Positions 1-14,179 of a stretch of DNA of 64,000 nt are shown here, piece after piece. The notes below the pieces were generated by a model, which saw nothing but the letters and a program-made list of their open reading frames with translations, was not told the origin of the DNA and made no database searches. Positions within the stretch are counted from its first letter, which is position 1. Each line of letters begins with the position of its first letter. Origin of the DNA: Euprymna scolopes (taxonomy: Eukaryota); assembly GCA_053919585.1 (NCBI GenBank), contig CM132806.1; one strand, given 5' to 3'. A program made the position numbers and the translations under genes.

Positions 1-83
1 CATAAGAGATTCAAAGTAAGCAAGGTATCTATAAGTCATAATGAAATGTGTGGGATTCTGTTACAGAGAGAGAGAGAGACAGA

Positions 84-114
<31 letters not shown>

Positions 115-779
115 GTGAGCGAACGTGGAGTGTAGACATGTTTACAAGAACCGAAGGTCAGCTGACCAGATTACGTATGAGTGACGTGGTTGGCAGATCT
201 GAGAGATTTGATTTGGGATTTGAAGAAGACGGACGGTTTTTCCGTTGTCTCCCCCTCTTAACTGGGGAAGTGGGAGACGAACGCTGACGTGTGTAGAAGA
301 AGAACCCCCACACAGGCCGATTTCACTTCCACTTCTGCAGGACCTCTGGGGAAAGTGAAATAAAAACTATAAAACCCATTTCATCGTCTTGGAGTGATAA
401 ATCTTCGTCAAACAGGTATCAAGTCTCCCTCCTGGATGAGAAATTTCCAGATGGTTCCACATCGAAGAAGCAGAGGTAGGTTCTGAAAATACATGTCACA
501 CACACGATTCCATTTATGATAATCAAACACACAACCATTTATATTAGAGACAATCATACGCACACGGAATCTTCTTATGTTATATAGAAAACGTAAATGG
601 TGCCTTCAATGATAACCAATATATAACAATTCGAGAGAAAGTCAGAACATCAAATGTGATAATCCAAATAATAAACTTCATAAATAAGAAGCTTCGAGAC
701 AATAACTGCACAGTTGAATATCGGTGTGGAAATTTTACACACTATTATTCTGGAGGAACTGATGATGCAAAAGATTTGC

Positions 780-1208
780 GTGAATCCATATAAGGCTGGT
801 CCATGCTTGTGACAGGGTATTTGGCCAAGATGGGCTTCAAGACAAGTCCTCACTCTTAATATAATCCAGACCTTACTCTCTGTGACTTTTTTACACCTTA
901 CTCTCTGTGACTTTTCCACACCTTACCCTCTTTGGCTTTTCAAGACCTTACTCTCTGAGACTTCTAAACTCAAGAACGACCTAAGAGACTGACAGTATGA
1001 GACAATTGATTAGATTAAAGAGAGTGTGACGCGTGTCATTCACCTTAGAGGACTTCTATGGGGCATTCCAGAGATTATTGGAACGGTACAACAAGTGCAT
1101 TGCAACTGGAGGAGATTAATTAGAAGAGACCTAAGTTCCATGCGCTTACTATCAATAAACGTGTCCATACGAAAAAAGCATGGAAATATATTTAAGACAG
1201 CTTGTATA
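780..1208 (+). mobile_element. Mariner transposon 3' remnant
   Basis: YNPDL..CDF-like motif, LLERYNKCIATGGD C-terminus, terminal sequence ending in TA. Confidence 0.7.
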
Positions 1209-2538
1209 TCCTTTTTAAAATACAAGGTAAATGTTATTACACCATTAATTGTATCATAGTTGTATCATAGTAATAAATACATAATTACAACCTTCAACGT
1301 GACAGATAAATATCAATGTCATTTGAAAATCAACCTGGACATATACAAGTGCATGATCTAATTCTCATGGTATCCACATTCAATGTAAAATTGTTTGTTC
1401 AGGCCTATTGTCCATTCATGCGTAAAACAAACTTTAGCTCTCTGAACAAAGTTTATTTCCTTGAACTGCCTACCTGTATAAGTGTATACCGCGGGGATGC
1501 TTTTCGGTAATGTACAACATAGTTTTTTTATAGTAAATAAAACCTTGAGTTGTTCTCTTAAAGAATCAAATGCTACCTACTTCCCTCGACTAATAATCAT
1601 CATCATGGTGTCGCACTAACCACTTTACACTTATTGATAATTATGCACGATTTGCCTAAAGGCATTGATAAGTCGTCACTTCTTATAAAAATATCATGCA
1701 CATTGTAGATTTGTAGTATCAATAGAGGGGAGTAATTTTCACTATAAGGGGTGCGGGATACCAGTTCTCTAAAAGGAAATGTAGGACGCATCTTCCCTCC
1801 GCTAAACGGCGTGAGACGCTTGGACCTAAAACTCAAAATAAGAAGAGTAGACCAAGTGTCAACATAAAACAAATCCACATGTCAAAATCCAGAAACTCGG
1901 TTTTTAATGCTTTCATACAAAAGTACATCTTATTCGCTAAAAGCTTAAACACTTAATTAAAAGCTGGAAAATCTTATAGACATAAATATCCAATACATCT
2001 AAATATACATGCGTCCCTTTCGTCTGTGTGATTCATTCTGCAAAAGGTTCTCAAAAAAGCATGATATGTTGACAGAGAAGCCAAACTGACAGCCAGAGTT
2101 CTTAATTGTGGTGCTAATGCACACGATTAAAAAAAATCTGACCTCGATTGGACTAATTCAATACAGAATGAAAATACGGAACCAGAAGAATGCAATATTT
2201 TGACAAGTAAAAGTCGTTAATTTAATTAAATTTTCCCGCCTAAATTTGTCCGGCCATTTAAGAGAAAAGAGAGCGTACGGGGAAACATTCTCAACGCTAT
2301 CAAACATGGCCCCCGTTATTAATTGGGTTTAAGACCAATTTCTATTTTGACCGCCATTTTCTTTTATTTTCTTATATTCCATCACATGTACTGATGAAAT
2401 TAAGACATCTATATATATACACAGAATTGCAATTGTAAACGTTGTTATCTCAAGGGGAATTTCACCAATAAATATTTAATTATTATGATTGAGTTACAAA
2501 CTGTCACTAGAAAATATACTAGCATGTATGTATGTATA

Positions 2539-2569
<31 letters not shown>

Positions 2570-2641
2570 TATTAAAGTATATGTATATCTTTGTATATAT
2601 TTTTTAAAATTACAGACGTACACGCACACACACGTACACAT

Positions 2642-2688
<47 letters not shown>

Positions 2689-3451
2689 TTTTTTATTCCC
2701 TACTCGTTGTATTCATTGGTCCCTAACTTTANNNNNNNNNNNNNNNNNNNNNNNNNNNNNNNNNNNNNNNNNNNNNNNNNNNNNNNNNNNNNNNNNNNNN
2801 NNNNNNNNNNNNNNNNNNNNNNNNNNNNNNNNNNNNNNNNNNNNNNNNNNNNNNNNNNNNNNCAAGCAGAAAATATCTAAATGTTTATTCATCTATCATT
2901 CATCACCTCGTTCCTAATAGAAAAAAAAGTATAAATAATAATAATAATAATAATAATAATAATTATAATAATAATAATAATAATTATAATAATATATATA
3001 TATATAGTCAATAAATGTGTATAACAAAAAAAAATAAATAAATGAAATAAAATTATCCCCAGCTACCTACGGTGTTAACTAATCACATCTTACTGCGGTC
3101 CTAACCTCTATCTGCAGTCCTGTTCTCTTCCACCATCTTGAATATACTTTTGTTTTCTTTTTGAAAAGGGGAGGTATTTTCTCCCGAAATTAATTTAAAT
3201 TCCATACCACCAATAGGCTTTATATACACAGGATATATCAACAACTTGATTACAAATTAATTATATAACGATGTAGGGAATGATAAAGAAATAAACAGTT
3301 AGACATTTCTCTACTGGACCATACCCTTCTATTTGTTTGTTTGTTTGTTTTTCTTCTCTTTACTCTTGTGATGCCGGGCCTTCTTTACTTTTGGTTTTTA
3401 ACACGTTCATATAATCCATTTACCAGCAATGCTTGAAGCAAAAATCATTTA

Positions 3452-3512
<61 letters not shown>

Positions 3513-4199
3513 GGGGTGCGTGCGTGCGTGCACGGGACAGAACAGCGGTTACATATTAGTGCTTATTAGACAACCGTAGTAAAACAGGATTGTGTCTTGT
3601 CAGTAGAAGGTCAGTGACTATTTGGAAATATTACTGTATGTATTGCACCAAGACGTAGAAATTCTCAGGTAGTCTCTTGAACACTAGAGGAATAGCACTT
3701 ATAATGTAGTTAACGTATTCTTCTAGAAGAAAAGGAAAACTTAGATATAAAACCATAAGTCTACTGTCCGCTCTGGTTTGTGGCATTTTACGCACTGAGT
3801 GATGTTAGCATTGGTTCTCTAAAATTGTGGATCGTCTTACACAAAGCTTCCAATAATGTAGACGAATTATTCACGTGAATTGCGCAGACTAAGTTACCTT
3901 GGCTATAGAAGTTTAGATTTGATATGAGAGTTATTTGCTAAATTGTAAGGTCTTCCGCCTTAATATTGTTCTTAATAATGCATGGAATTATTAGCTAAAA
4001 ATTGTTTCAATAGTTTTATATTCCCAACTTGCTCAACTCAATCATGTCCTTTATTTGATATCAATGTATAATGCATGATCAAATATATGCGAAAATAACG
4101 ACGGAATTTGAATAAATTATTTTCCTTATGATATAGAGGGTTTTTTTTTTATAATATATAGTGCATATAAAGTTTATTGAATTATAAGAGAAATGTTGC

Positions 4200-4560
4200 T
4201 TCCTCTGGAAACATGTTTTCATTCGGAGCCTTCCGAATACTCAACAGTCAGTGCACATTTTCGTGGATCGGGAAACTCCTTTCTTTGCTTTTAAACTTTT
4301 AACAGGTGTTGCTTTTGGTTCTCTTTGCAAGTAATTGATTGGTAAAAACCTTGGATAAGAAACAGTCTACGTCCTGCTGCATTATTGACCACCTGGAGAG
4401 ACTTCACCATGAGCATAATCCTTTTTAGATAAGAATGTTGCTGGATTAAATTTCAGAATGTCTTCCGATAGTACAGCAAAAAACTCCGTTGACTTGCAGG
4501 TTTTATATTCTTGGAGATTCAGTTTTAAGTTCTATTCAGTCATCAATGTTTTCCAAGTGA
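4200..4560 (-). mobile_element. hAT-like transposase C-terminal remnant
   Basis: Minus strand reads KSLQVVNNAAGRRLFLIQGFYQSITCKENQKQHLLKV, resembling the VVNDxAERGV..TKDEEQKQ motif. Confidence 0.5.
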
Positions 4561-5499
4561 TCGTGTCTGTGTGTGCGTGTGTCTCTGTGTCTGTGTGTGA
4601 GTGTCTGTGTACATTTCCCTACGCAATAACTCTGTAAATTTTGTGTCTACAGACTCGAAATTTGATATACAGTGTACTGAGTTTTGGGAAAATCGATGTC
4701 ATCCGTTTTTGGCCAGAAATTTGGCGATTAAGGGCTATAAGTTCAACGGTTTCACCTTGGAGAACTCTACCAAACTTCTCCGACAATTTTGGGTCTACGC
4801 ACTTGAAAGTTTAGATATAGGTTCCTTGGACATGGATCTAACTTGATAACTTACTTTGAGCCCAAAACAATAAATGTTAAGAGGTCATAATAGGGGTCAA
4901 AGTTTTTTAAAAAATTGACCACTGCGGTCCCTTCCAAATTACTCACACAATTTATGGTCTAAATATTTGAAATTTGACATAAAGAGTAGTCAGAGATAGG
5001 GCAAGCTATTCATCAGTTTGAGTCCTAAATTTTTAGTTACCAATATATAAATTTATGTATGTGTGTCTGTTTGCATGTCTACCTTAAACTTTCAATTGAG
5101 GCGACGGATTTTTCCAAGATCAGTATCGTTTTAAAGTTCGATCTTTATACGGCAAATATCGAAAAATTGGCTACAAATATTAATACCTGTCCCTTCAACT
5201 AGGCACTTTTCTACAGGGGGAGGGGGTCCCTTTTTCGCCGATATTTTTAAAAGTTATCCTCTACTTTAGATTGTCTAGCCTTAATTTTTAAAAAAAATGT
5301 CGCTTTCGGTTCGGCGGTGGTCGTAAGAGCATAAACGTTAGGTTTTACCCCGTTCCTTTCCTCCTTTGCGGTATGGGTTCGAACCTGCCTTTCTACTACA
5401 ACTTTTTTTTTTGCTCAACATACACTTCCAAACACCCAGGCAACTCCTCCAACAATTTTGTGTCTGCACACTTGGAACCGGTCCTACATTTTGCTAATT

Positions 5500-5550
5500 C
5501 CTACCCTCTGATGAGAAGGAAAGTATTTCTTCGAAACTCCGCGGATTAAG
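5500..5550 (+). ncRNA. Hammerhead ribozyme-like motif (probably degenerate)
   Basis: CTGATGA-GAAGGAA-AGTA-TTTCTTC-GAAAC followed by palindromic TCCGCGGA. Confidence 0.5.
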
Positions 5551-6454
5551 CACTATCCACTTATCAATTGTTTCCTTTTCAGATAAAATATGTTTTAACT
5601 CTTTTTCAAAGTGTTTTTAACACGTTTTATTTACTGTTTGCTCGTATTATAAGCTCTATCTCATATTTTGTTTTATCGAGCTTTCACATCTAGCTGAGAT
5701 AATTTTATAAATATTAATTCTTTAATATTTATATTATACTTTAATTTTACCATCTTGGGTCATTTNNNNNNNNNNNNNNNNNNNNNNNNNNNNNNNNNNN
5801 NNNNNNNNNNNNNNNNNNNNNNNNNNNNNNNNNNNNNNNNNNNNNNNNNNNNNNNNNNNNNNNNNNNNNNNNNNNNNNNNNNNNNNNNNNNNNAAAAGTC
5901 TTTAATACTCTGTTATGAGTTAAATTCTTCCACTTAATAAAGTCTAATAAAACGAAACTTAGAGTTTTCGAAAAGTTAGAAAAATAACAAATATTTTTGC
6001 CCACAGAATTTATAAATAGTTGATTATACTTTACAACTCTAGACTTTTACTTGCGTGAGAACCTATTCAAAAAATATTCCGCCATTTAAGTTGTGTAATC
6101 AAATATTTGAAGTCAAGAATCAGATTTTATTATATTTAGTTGCATCGAACTTTAATTAGTTTTAATTACAGTTTAAGTGTATAATTCGTGACGAGAAATT
6201 GATAACGAATATTCTTCTTATTATAAGGCAATCATTCTATATTAATATACTAGCCTCTGGTGGGTATTTCGTGTTCGTGTTGGCTGGATGTATTGCTTTA
6301 ATTTTATTGCTGTTTCGTTTCAATTAGGTTTCAATATAATCTACAAAGCAAAGTAATATTTTAATAGGAGCCACTAATATCATTAACACACATACATATA
6401 CATAAAAAGACATACATATATATACATATATATATATGTATATTTAATATTTGT

Positions 6455-6490
<36 letters not shown>

Positions 6491-6609
6491 CATATATATA
6501 CCAAATATTTTTATTTTTATTTTATGTGACAATGCATTTACAGTTTGTTTTCTATCTGATTTTGGAACTCATAATTTTTCATTTTACTATTGCTGTGTGC
6601 TATTTCTGA

Positions 6610-6658
<49 letters not shown>

Positions 6659-6665
<7 letters not shown>

Positions 6666-6929
6666 GGGAGTAGTCACCAACAATGTGTATTTTTTAACAT
6701 TATTTTATTATTCCGTGTCTTGGTTTTTCATTGGGAATTATGTTTGGATCATTGTAATAATGTTTTTTCAGTCATTGAAATCGTTTACGCGCGTTACAGA
6801 CGATCTGTGATGCGTCCTCGTCAGAAATTATTACAATGATCCAAACATAATTCCCAATGAAAAACCAAGACACGGAATAATAAAATAATGTTAAAAAATA
6901 CACATTGTTGGTGACTACTCCCTTATTTA
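6659..6929. repeat. Perfect 103-bp inverted repeat with 65-nt spacer (Penelope pLTR-like)
   Basis: 6659-6761 is the exact reverse complement of 6827-6929. Confidence 0.92.
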
Positions 6930-8270
6930 AATATACATCTTTCTTTCGTTGGAATTTATTAACCCATTTTATATAAATATATATGAAGAGAGCCTAAGGC
7001 GGACATTAAGAGCAGTCCTCAACTGCCGGGCTTGAAACCGTCGGTACCGACTACCGATATAAATGTAAATTCCTATATATATTATACAAAAAAAATATAT
7101 TGCTCTTATTTCGAGAAAGGTTTTTTCCCTAATAATAGAGCACTGTATGGGATTTCTTTTTCTACAAAAATGTACAAGTATATATATATATATATATATG
7201 TATGTATATATATATATATATATATAATTTGAGGTTGTTATTTTCCAAAGGTAGGGTAACCAGTGAAATATAACGAGGTTCATACAAGATAGCTCAATAC
7301 AGACGTAGAGCAGGTTACATTTGTCTTTACATAAGCAGTAGTTTTTGCTATACAGTCATGAGAATGTTTCGGTCTACTAGTATTTACTAACTAGAGACCT
7401 TANNNNNNNNNNNNNNNNNNNNNNNNNNNNNNNNNNNNNNNNNNNNNNNNNNNNNNNNNNNNNNNNNNNNNNNNNNNNNNNNNNNNNNNNNNNNNNNNNN
7501 NNNNNNNNNNNNNNNNNNNNNNNNNNNNNNNNNNNNNNNNNNNNNAAATTTTATACAGTAAAAGTTAACGTACACTAAAACGGCTCGCAATGATATGTTC
7601 GCTGACTCTTCGTGCGTTTAACATCAACAACAACAAAAACAACAGCATGTCTTGTATATAACAACACTTGGATGTTACTTGCAAGAAAAACAGATTTTAT
7701 GACTCTGTCAAACTCTGACAACGGAATTAATGAGAAATGTTTTAATTTTAAAGCAGAAAGAAGAAGCATTAGATCGTATTTTTTTCATTCTACTATTAAA
7801 GTATTTCTGCATTTTTAGCATGTTCTAAAACTCTTTTATCTTTTTATTCAAGTTTATAAATATATATACACACACACATATATATATATACACACACATA
7901 TGTATGTGTTGTGTGAATAACATATTTATCGATACATTATATTTGATTATAGCGTGATATAAACATGCTCAATACTATAGATAGCGCATTAATATTTTTA
8001 CTAATCAGTTCTTTCTTTTCAGAATAAATAACAAACAGAATAAAAAGCAAAACCTTATTAGTGTGCATGTAGTCCAAAACTTTAATCATTATCAGACAAT
8101 AAAGTCTATGGTCTGTTTAAAAAGTAGTTTGCAAACGGTGTTTGAAAACTGATTTTCAAATAGTAGACACATGAATATTTGACTTGATTGCAAGTCAAAT
8201 ACAAAAATGAAGTAAGAAATGAAGTAAGTAAGTAAAATTAATCACAATTCAGAAATTCAAAAATACTTAC

Positions 8271-8315
8271 ATGACAAATTCCACTAAAACCCGAGTCAGG
8301 ACTCCCATAGACCGC
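8271..8315 (-). other. Candidate 45-nt internal exon of an unidentified minus-strand transcript
   Basis: TATTTAG|...|GTAAGT boundaries. An upstream donor AG|GTAAAT at 8391-8398 gives an 81-nt intron, next to a CpG-enriched unique region at 8400-9300. Confidence 0.35.
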
Positions 8316-9923
8316 CTAAATATAAATATAAATATCTGGTCACGAATAGAACTTCATTTGAGCAGGAAATTAAAGTGTAGCCAATTGCGTATTTACCTAG
8401 TGGAAAATCTCAGCAGCAGCGAACGATGACGAGCATGTGTAGAGATTAGAAGCGACAGCAGTAGTTTAAATACGAAGTGTGCGTGAGAAGAAGAAAAAAA
8501 AAAGAAAAAAATTCAACACGTACTCGTGAGAGAAAAGTTTGGTGACGAAAAGAATGGACGGGTAAATAAGCGGGCGAGAAATGACTTGCTGCGATCGGCG
8601 TGGTGTTGGAGCAGAAAAGTGTACGCAGGGAGAAATAAAACTGTGGCAGCGAGGGACTGTTTCTTAACGGTGCCGAAAGTGCCGGTATTAAATGCTTTGT
8701 ATAAAAGACACAATGTCCAACCCGGATTTTATTTATGTTTTTTTTACTGTTTTATTTTTGTCCATTTACGACCTGACGGTCACGTTACAAAATGTAAACT
8801 ACTTGCATATGGATCGTTAGGTTAATTAATTAATCCAATGCAATGAAGAAAATCCAATGAAGAAAAAACAGTGTGTTTGTATATTTCGCAAAGACAGACG
8901 CGTCGGAACGTGACAAAATTAGTATCGTCCAGAAGATCGATCTACCAGACGACAAATATCGACAAATTGACCAATTATGTAGTTTTTCACTAGGAGGGCG
9001 TCACTGTTTTTGTCGGCATTTTTGCAAGTCATTCAAACCTCGCATGAATGACGTCGCATGAAACATTTTTTTTTCGAACGCTCCTGGCGTCACAATCGTG
9101 GTGGGCGCGTCGATAAGACTGGGTGCTTTACTTATTCACCTTTTTCGAGTTAAAGGTTCGAGCTTGCTTACTACTTCTATTTTTTTACGCAAGTACGGGT
9201 ACTCGCTGCTATTTTTCATTTTTTTTTTTTTTTTTTGTCATCCAACCACCTTACACACACATCGACAAACGCAGGAAACATCGGTACCCAGGCTAGTTTA
9301 TTTTTAAAAAGATACAAATCTGGGGGAATATAAATAAAAAGAAAGGCATTATACTGCTTTACTTATTTAATTTTATTTTTACGGTAACATACTCTTATAT
9401 GATCTCGGAAGTTTGAATACTTCAATAAATTTCATAACAACAATCTACTGTGGATTATACATCCGGGAAATTTTCATTTTTCTAATAAGTTTTGTGTCAA
9501 AATACAAAAAAAAAACATTACTATAACCTTCGATTCCGCAAAGAATTATCTTTAGATAATACAAATACATTTTTAATTTTAAATGCTGAAGAAAAAAATA
9601 AATATTTGAGAGAACGGACGAGAACATCAGATCTGGTATCATTAGCCGCAAAAAAATATGACTTTCAGCGACAGCATTTTTCTAAGTACACTAACTACAG
9701 TTACGCAAATATTCAGTTGTAGAAGTGGCATTCGGCTGAAGGAGGAAGGTTCGCACCTCAGTGTGAGCGACTCAAAATACAACTGAAAATTACAAAGGAC
9801 CTCTACCCTATCATAACTGTGGGACAGATAAGCTGCTTTCTACGTGAATTAAATAAAAATGTCGGTTCAAAACTCTGCTTGGATCCCCGAGTTCAACAAA
9901 ATTTCTAAGAACTGCACACCTGT

Positions 9924-10012
<89 letters not shown>

Positions 10013-10941
10013 ATGGATATCTCCAAGTCCAATGTAAACAAGTTCTTGATGAGTCGTTCCCTTAAGTAATCCAATTCACCAAATTTACACTTGTAACGAT
10101 TACTATGATATTGTCATTTTGACCACTGGACACTCTTTAACCATTATCTTCGAGTGGCCTCCGGGCCTTGATAAATGATTATTCCTTTGTAAAAAACACA
10201 CCTGAAAAACAAGTAAGATTTCTTCGACCGAAATGTTGTGAAAATAACACTCAATATCAGAACATTAGGTTAAAGAATCTAAATAATACAATTTAGCAAT
10301 ACTCATTTCAAAAATTCAGATTCGAAATACAACAATACATAGTATCCATATATAAAAAACAAAGTCCATAATAAAAACGACATCTTAACATTTATTAGTT
10401 AAATTAACAACACACTAATTGCGGTCATCATTAAAAGGGATTAACGATTCTAATATCATGATGCATAAAACCCATCGAACAAAATGAGAAAATTAAACTA
10501 ACAATATATTATACACATATTTTAAACCTCTACCGATTAAAAAATTAAAAACAATAACACATTTAACCCATTTAGATACACTTACGTAATATATGAATTG
10601 ATTTTCCTATTTGAAGAATGTTTCCATCATAACCAATCTGAGAATCCATAGAGTAAGCATACTGGCCACACGTAACAACTCTTTCTAGACGTCTCATGTA
10701 TCATCTTTCAGAAAGCAGTGATATTTAATGCCATATCATCCCACGCAATAAAAATTTAAGGTAAGCTAAAATGAGGTATATATAAAAATTTGCTTTCAAT
10801 TTTTAGTACAAAAAAGCATGAACACCCAACTAAAATTACTCGATGCAATTCTTATAAAAATGACATAACTTTAAAAAAGTGATTTTAACAAAATATTATG
10901 TAATAAATGTACTAATATATTTTACATATTTTATAACTATC

Positions 10942-11046
10942 AACTATGAATAAACATCAATGTAAGGCGAAAAACAATTATGAATAAACATCAATGTAAG
11001 ACGAATAACTAATTATGAATAAACACCAATGTGAGACGAATAACTA
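10942..11046 (+). repeat. 3 x ~35 bp minisatellite
   Basis: TATGAATAAACA(T/C)CAATGT repeated three times. Confidence 0.9.
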
Positions 11047-11391
11047 TTACTAATTCAAAATTATATATGACTAAAAAAATAACTACAATATATAGTAAAA
11101 CCTGCCTTCTTTATGTTTTTCTTGTCGAACCACATAGAAAGGAATATAAATTCGAACAAATGAAGGCTATACCGATATACTTCCGCTTGATAACGATCAA
11201 AAGATCGGAAATACCAGGGAAGTCCTCAAGAAAATTACACTCGTTGTCACAATAAACATTTAACTAGCTGTGACTAGAAAATAGCTCGCAATTTGTAGAA
11301 AATTTACAGAAAAGTTTTGGAGTGAAAACACCGTTTTATTTCATCTTAAATGCTTGGAAAACGACTGTAAGACACTCACACACGTACACCC

Positions 11392-11451
<60 letters not shown>

Positions 11452-12589
11452 CCGGCATTTTATTTTCATCTATATAAATTAAGAGAAGTCTTAAGAATCG
11501 ATTTAATATTCAGGACATATTGCTTAATTAGTGTCTGATGCAAATATTATATATATATTTGTAATGGAAACCATTCCCCTTATAATACCAGGTAAAATTC
11601 CTATAAAATACTCAAAGAAAAATTGCTATTTAGGGCATATTTAGAAAGTAATATTTACTCCTGTAAAATCTCATTAAAAATATCAGATAGGTGAATCATT
11701 GAACTTTCAAAAAATAGATCATATCAAAGATAGCTACACTTATGATACTTTAGTAGCTTATAAGTATCAGTTGGGAGTTGGCGGGGGGGTCACGTAGTTT
11801 AAGGCCACTTTTACTTGTCGGATGTCTTAGTTTTATAACCTGGAGCGCTCTGGCCTGGATATTGGGAAAATTCGCACAGGCTACCCCGATACGAAAGTTT
11901 AGGGTTAAAAAGCTCGGTTCAAGCTAAACATTCTGGAAATAATGGTTATAATTAAGGAGTGTGATGTTTTTCGAGGGTCTCTTTCGGAGTTGCTGAGATT
12001 CCAAAGCTGGGAAGTCCAAATGAATCAGCGATCGAAGTTACCGTGTGTAATATATAGGGTTAACCACGGGGGATAGAGATGTAATGGTTTTCTGTTTTAT
12101 ATAAGTTGAGTGAAGGGGTATAATTATTTATTATAATCAATGGTAAGGAAGAACACAGGACTTCGGGTTTAGCAACACCCAGGGAAAAAAGAGTCAGAAA
12201 AATCATATGACAGTAAGTCATTGAATTTCTGTGGCGACGAAATGCGTCTCTCTTAATTATGGCAAAAAAACATAGGTCGTGGGGTGAGTAACTCACACTC
12301 AAGTTTAAATTCCATCTATATATGAGTGCATATCATTAGTTATATTGTGTGTCAGGAAAACTATGAATGTTGAGTGTGTTTTCTAGATAATTACGTTTCG
12401 AACATTTAGATCATTTTGGTTATTCGGAGAGATGAGGGTCGAGTAAGAAAGTCAGAACACATATTTTATGGCCAAATATAGAGTTAGATGGATAAGGACC
12501 GTCGTGTGTCTATAAAGACAATGCCTGTAAAGTTTGATATCAGTGTGGGAATTGTACACACAACTAATTCCGTTAAGATGTGAAAAATT

Positions 12590-12955
12590 TGCTCGAAATT
12601 GTCCCAAAGGTTATTCATCACTGTCACAAACTATTTGACCAATATGGGCATCAAGACAGTTTGTCCACTTCACTATAGTCCATACTCTGTCTCCCTGTGA
12701 TTTTGATAAGCTCAAAGAAAAACTTACAAGCTGTGGTTATGAGATAATTGACTAGATGAAAGAGTCTCTGAGGGCCATTTTAACGCTAACACAAGATGAC
12801 TTCAATATGGCTTTCCAGAAGTTGTAAAAACGTTATAACAAGTGCATTGCAGCAAGAGGAGATTACTTCGAAGGGGACTAGAATGTTATGTTTGTACTGC
12901 CAACAAAAGTGTCAATTCGAAAAATTTCTGAAAACTTATAGAAGACACATCGTTT
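12590..12955 (+). mobile_element. Mariner 3' remnant, same family
   Basis: MGIKTV..YSP..PCDF, YNKCIAARGDYFEGD*. Confidence 0.7.
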
Positions 12956-14179
12956 GTGTTAACTAATAGTCAGTTCCAAGTGACTGTCTTCTGGATGTTG
13001 AAGTTTAAATTCTCAATGCGGACGAACCTTAAAATATAATTATGAACTATATAAGAGATCCTGATCATGACTGAAGGAGCAAGAGCAAACTAACATCGTG
13101 CATTAAATAAATGATTTTTGTCGAAAAAAATCAGCCATTATTGAGGAATAACTATCCTCGAGTTCAGATAGATGCATCAAAAGCTCAGAGGTTATATCAG
13201 TTAAAACCTTTTGTGACTAACATCCAAAATTCGATTAGTAATCTGAATAATCCAAACCATACTTGGATAAAGATAGAAAATCTAAGCATTGAAGTGATCA
13301 TCTGGTTAAAGTGACTAATCGATAGTAATATCGATTATCATTCAAATCGTTCTAGCTTCTTTCTCTTCCTCTCGCTACCGAAAAATAACTGAAAGCTGAG
13401 ACTTTTCGTATATTAATAGACGCGAAACTATTCTTTGCCAAGAATTGAATAATTCGGTTTCAAGCTTTTTTTACGCATCCATCCGCTGCCCTTGCCTGGT
13501 TTGTTTATCTTCAAATGTCATAGGTACGGCTGAAGTTCTCTCATTTTAAATGACAGGCAGTCAACGTGAATTATTCTTGAAAAGGAGAGCACATACAAAA
13601 CACTGCCCAAGAAAAAAAGCACTAAGTATATAAATTGATTTGCTAGATTCAAACTAGAAGTATATGAGTATGAGTCTCCCACCCATTTTGTGTTTGGCGT
13701 GCATTAATTACCAAATGCAAATTTCTCTATCGAACAGATCTCTTCCGGTGCTGGTTATCAGAATAAATTTTGATCTGGGTACGATCCATTTCGACGGCAG
13801 ATGGTTGATGGATCATGAGTTTTAACATCTGATCCTATAATTACGTAAGTGTGAATCTTAGTTATAATTCTTAGCAGTTGGCCGGTAATAATACAAATGG
13901 TATATTTATTTATTTTTTTATCTTTGAACCGATCTGTTTTGTAACTTGTAACGAAAGGAAATTTCTGCCTGGAGACCGTTCGATGAAAACTGAATTGGGG
14001 ATGTTTAATGTTCGGACAAAACTTACGCAAAATGAATATGAATTATTCCTCGTTTTACCGATATTAATTAATGAAAATTTAGCTTCCGCACCAACCTTAT
14101 TCGGTACGGATAGCAAGAGATTTTGTTTGTTCTGAAAAGAAAGGAATTATTATATAATGTACAAACGAAATAAGATGCA

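Noticed and set aside
2532-10074. YIYI-repeat and X-containing ORFs
   Set aside because: Products of (TA)n microsatellites and N gaps.
11800-12590. Possible Penelope GIY-YIG remnant on the minus strand
   Set aside because: Only a faint CVY..TRRSL resemblance, too degenerate to support.
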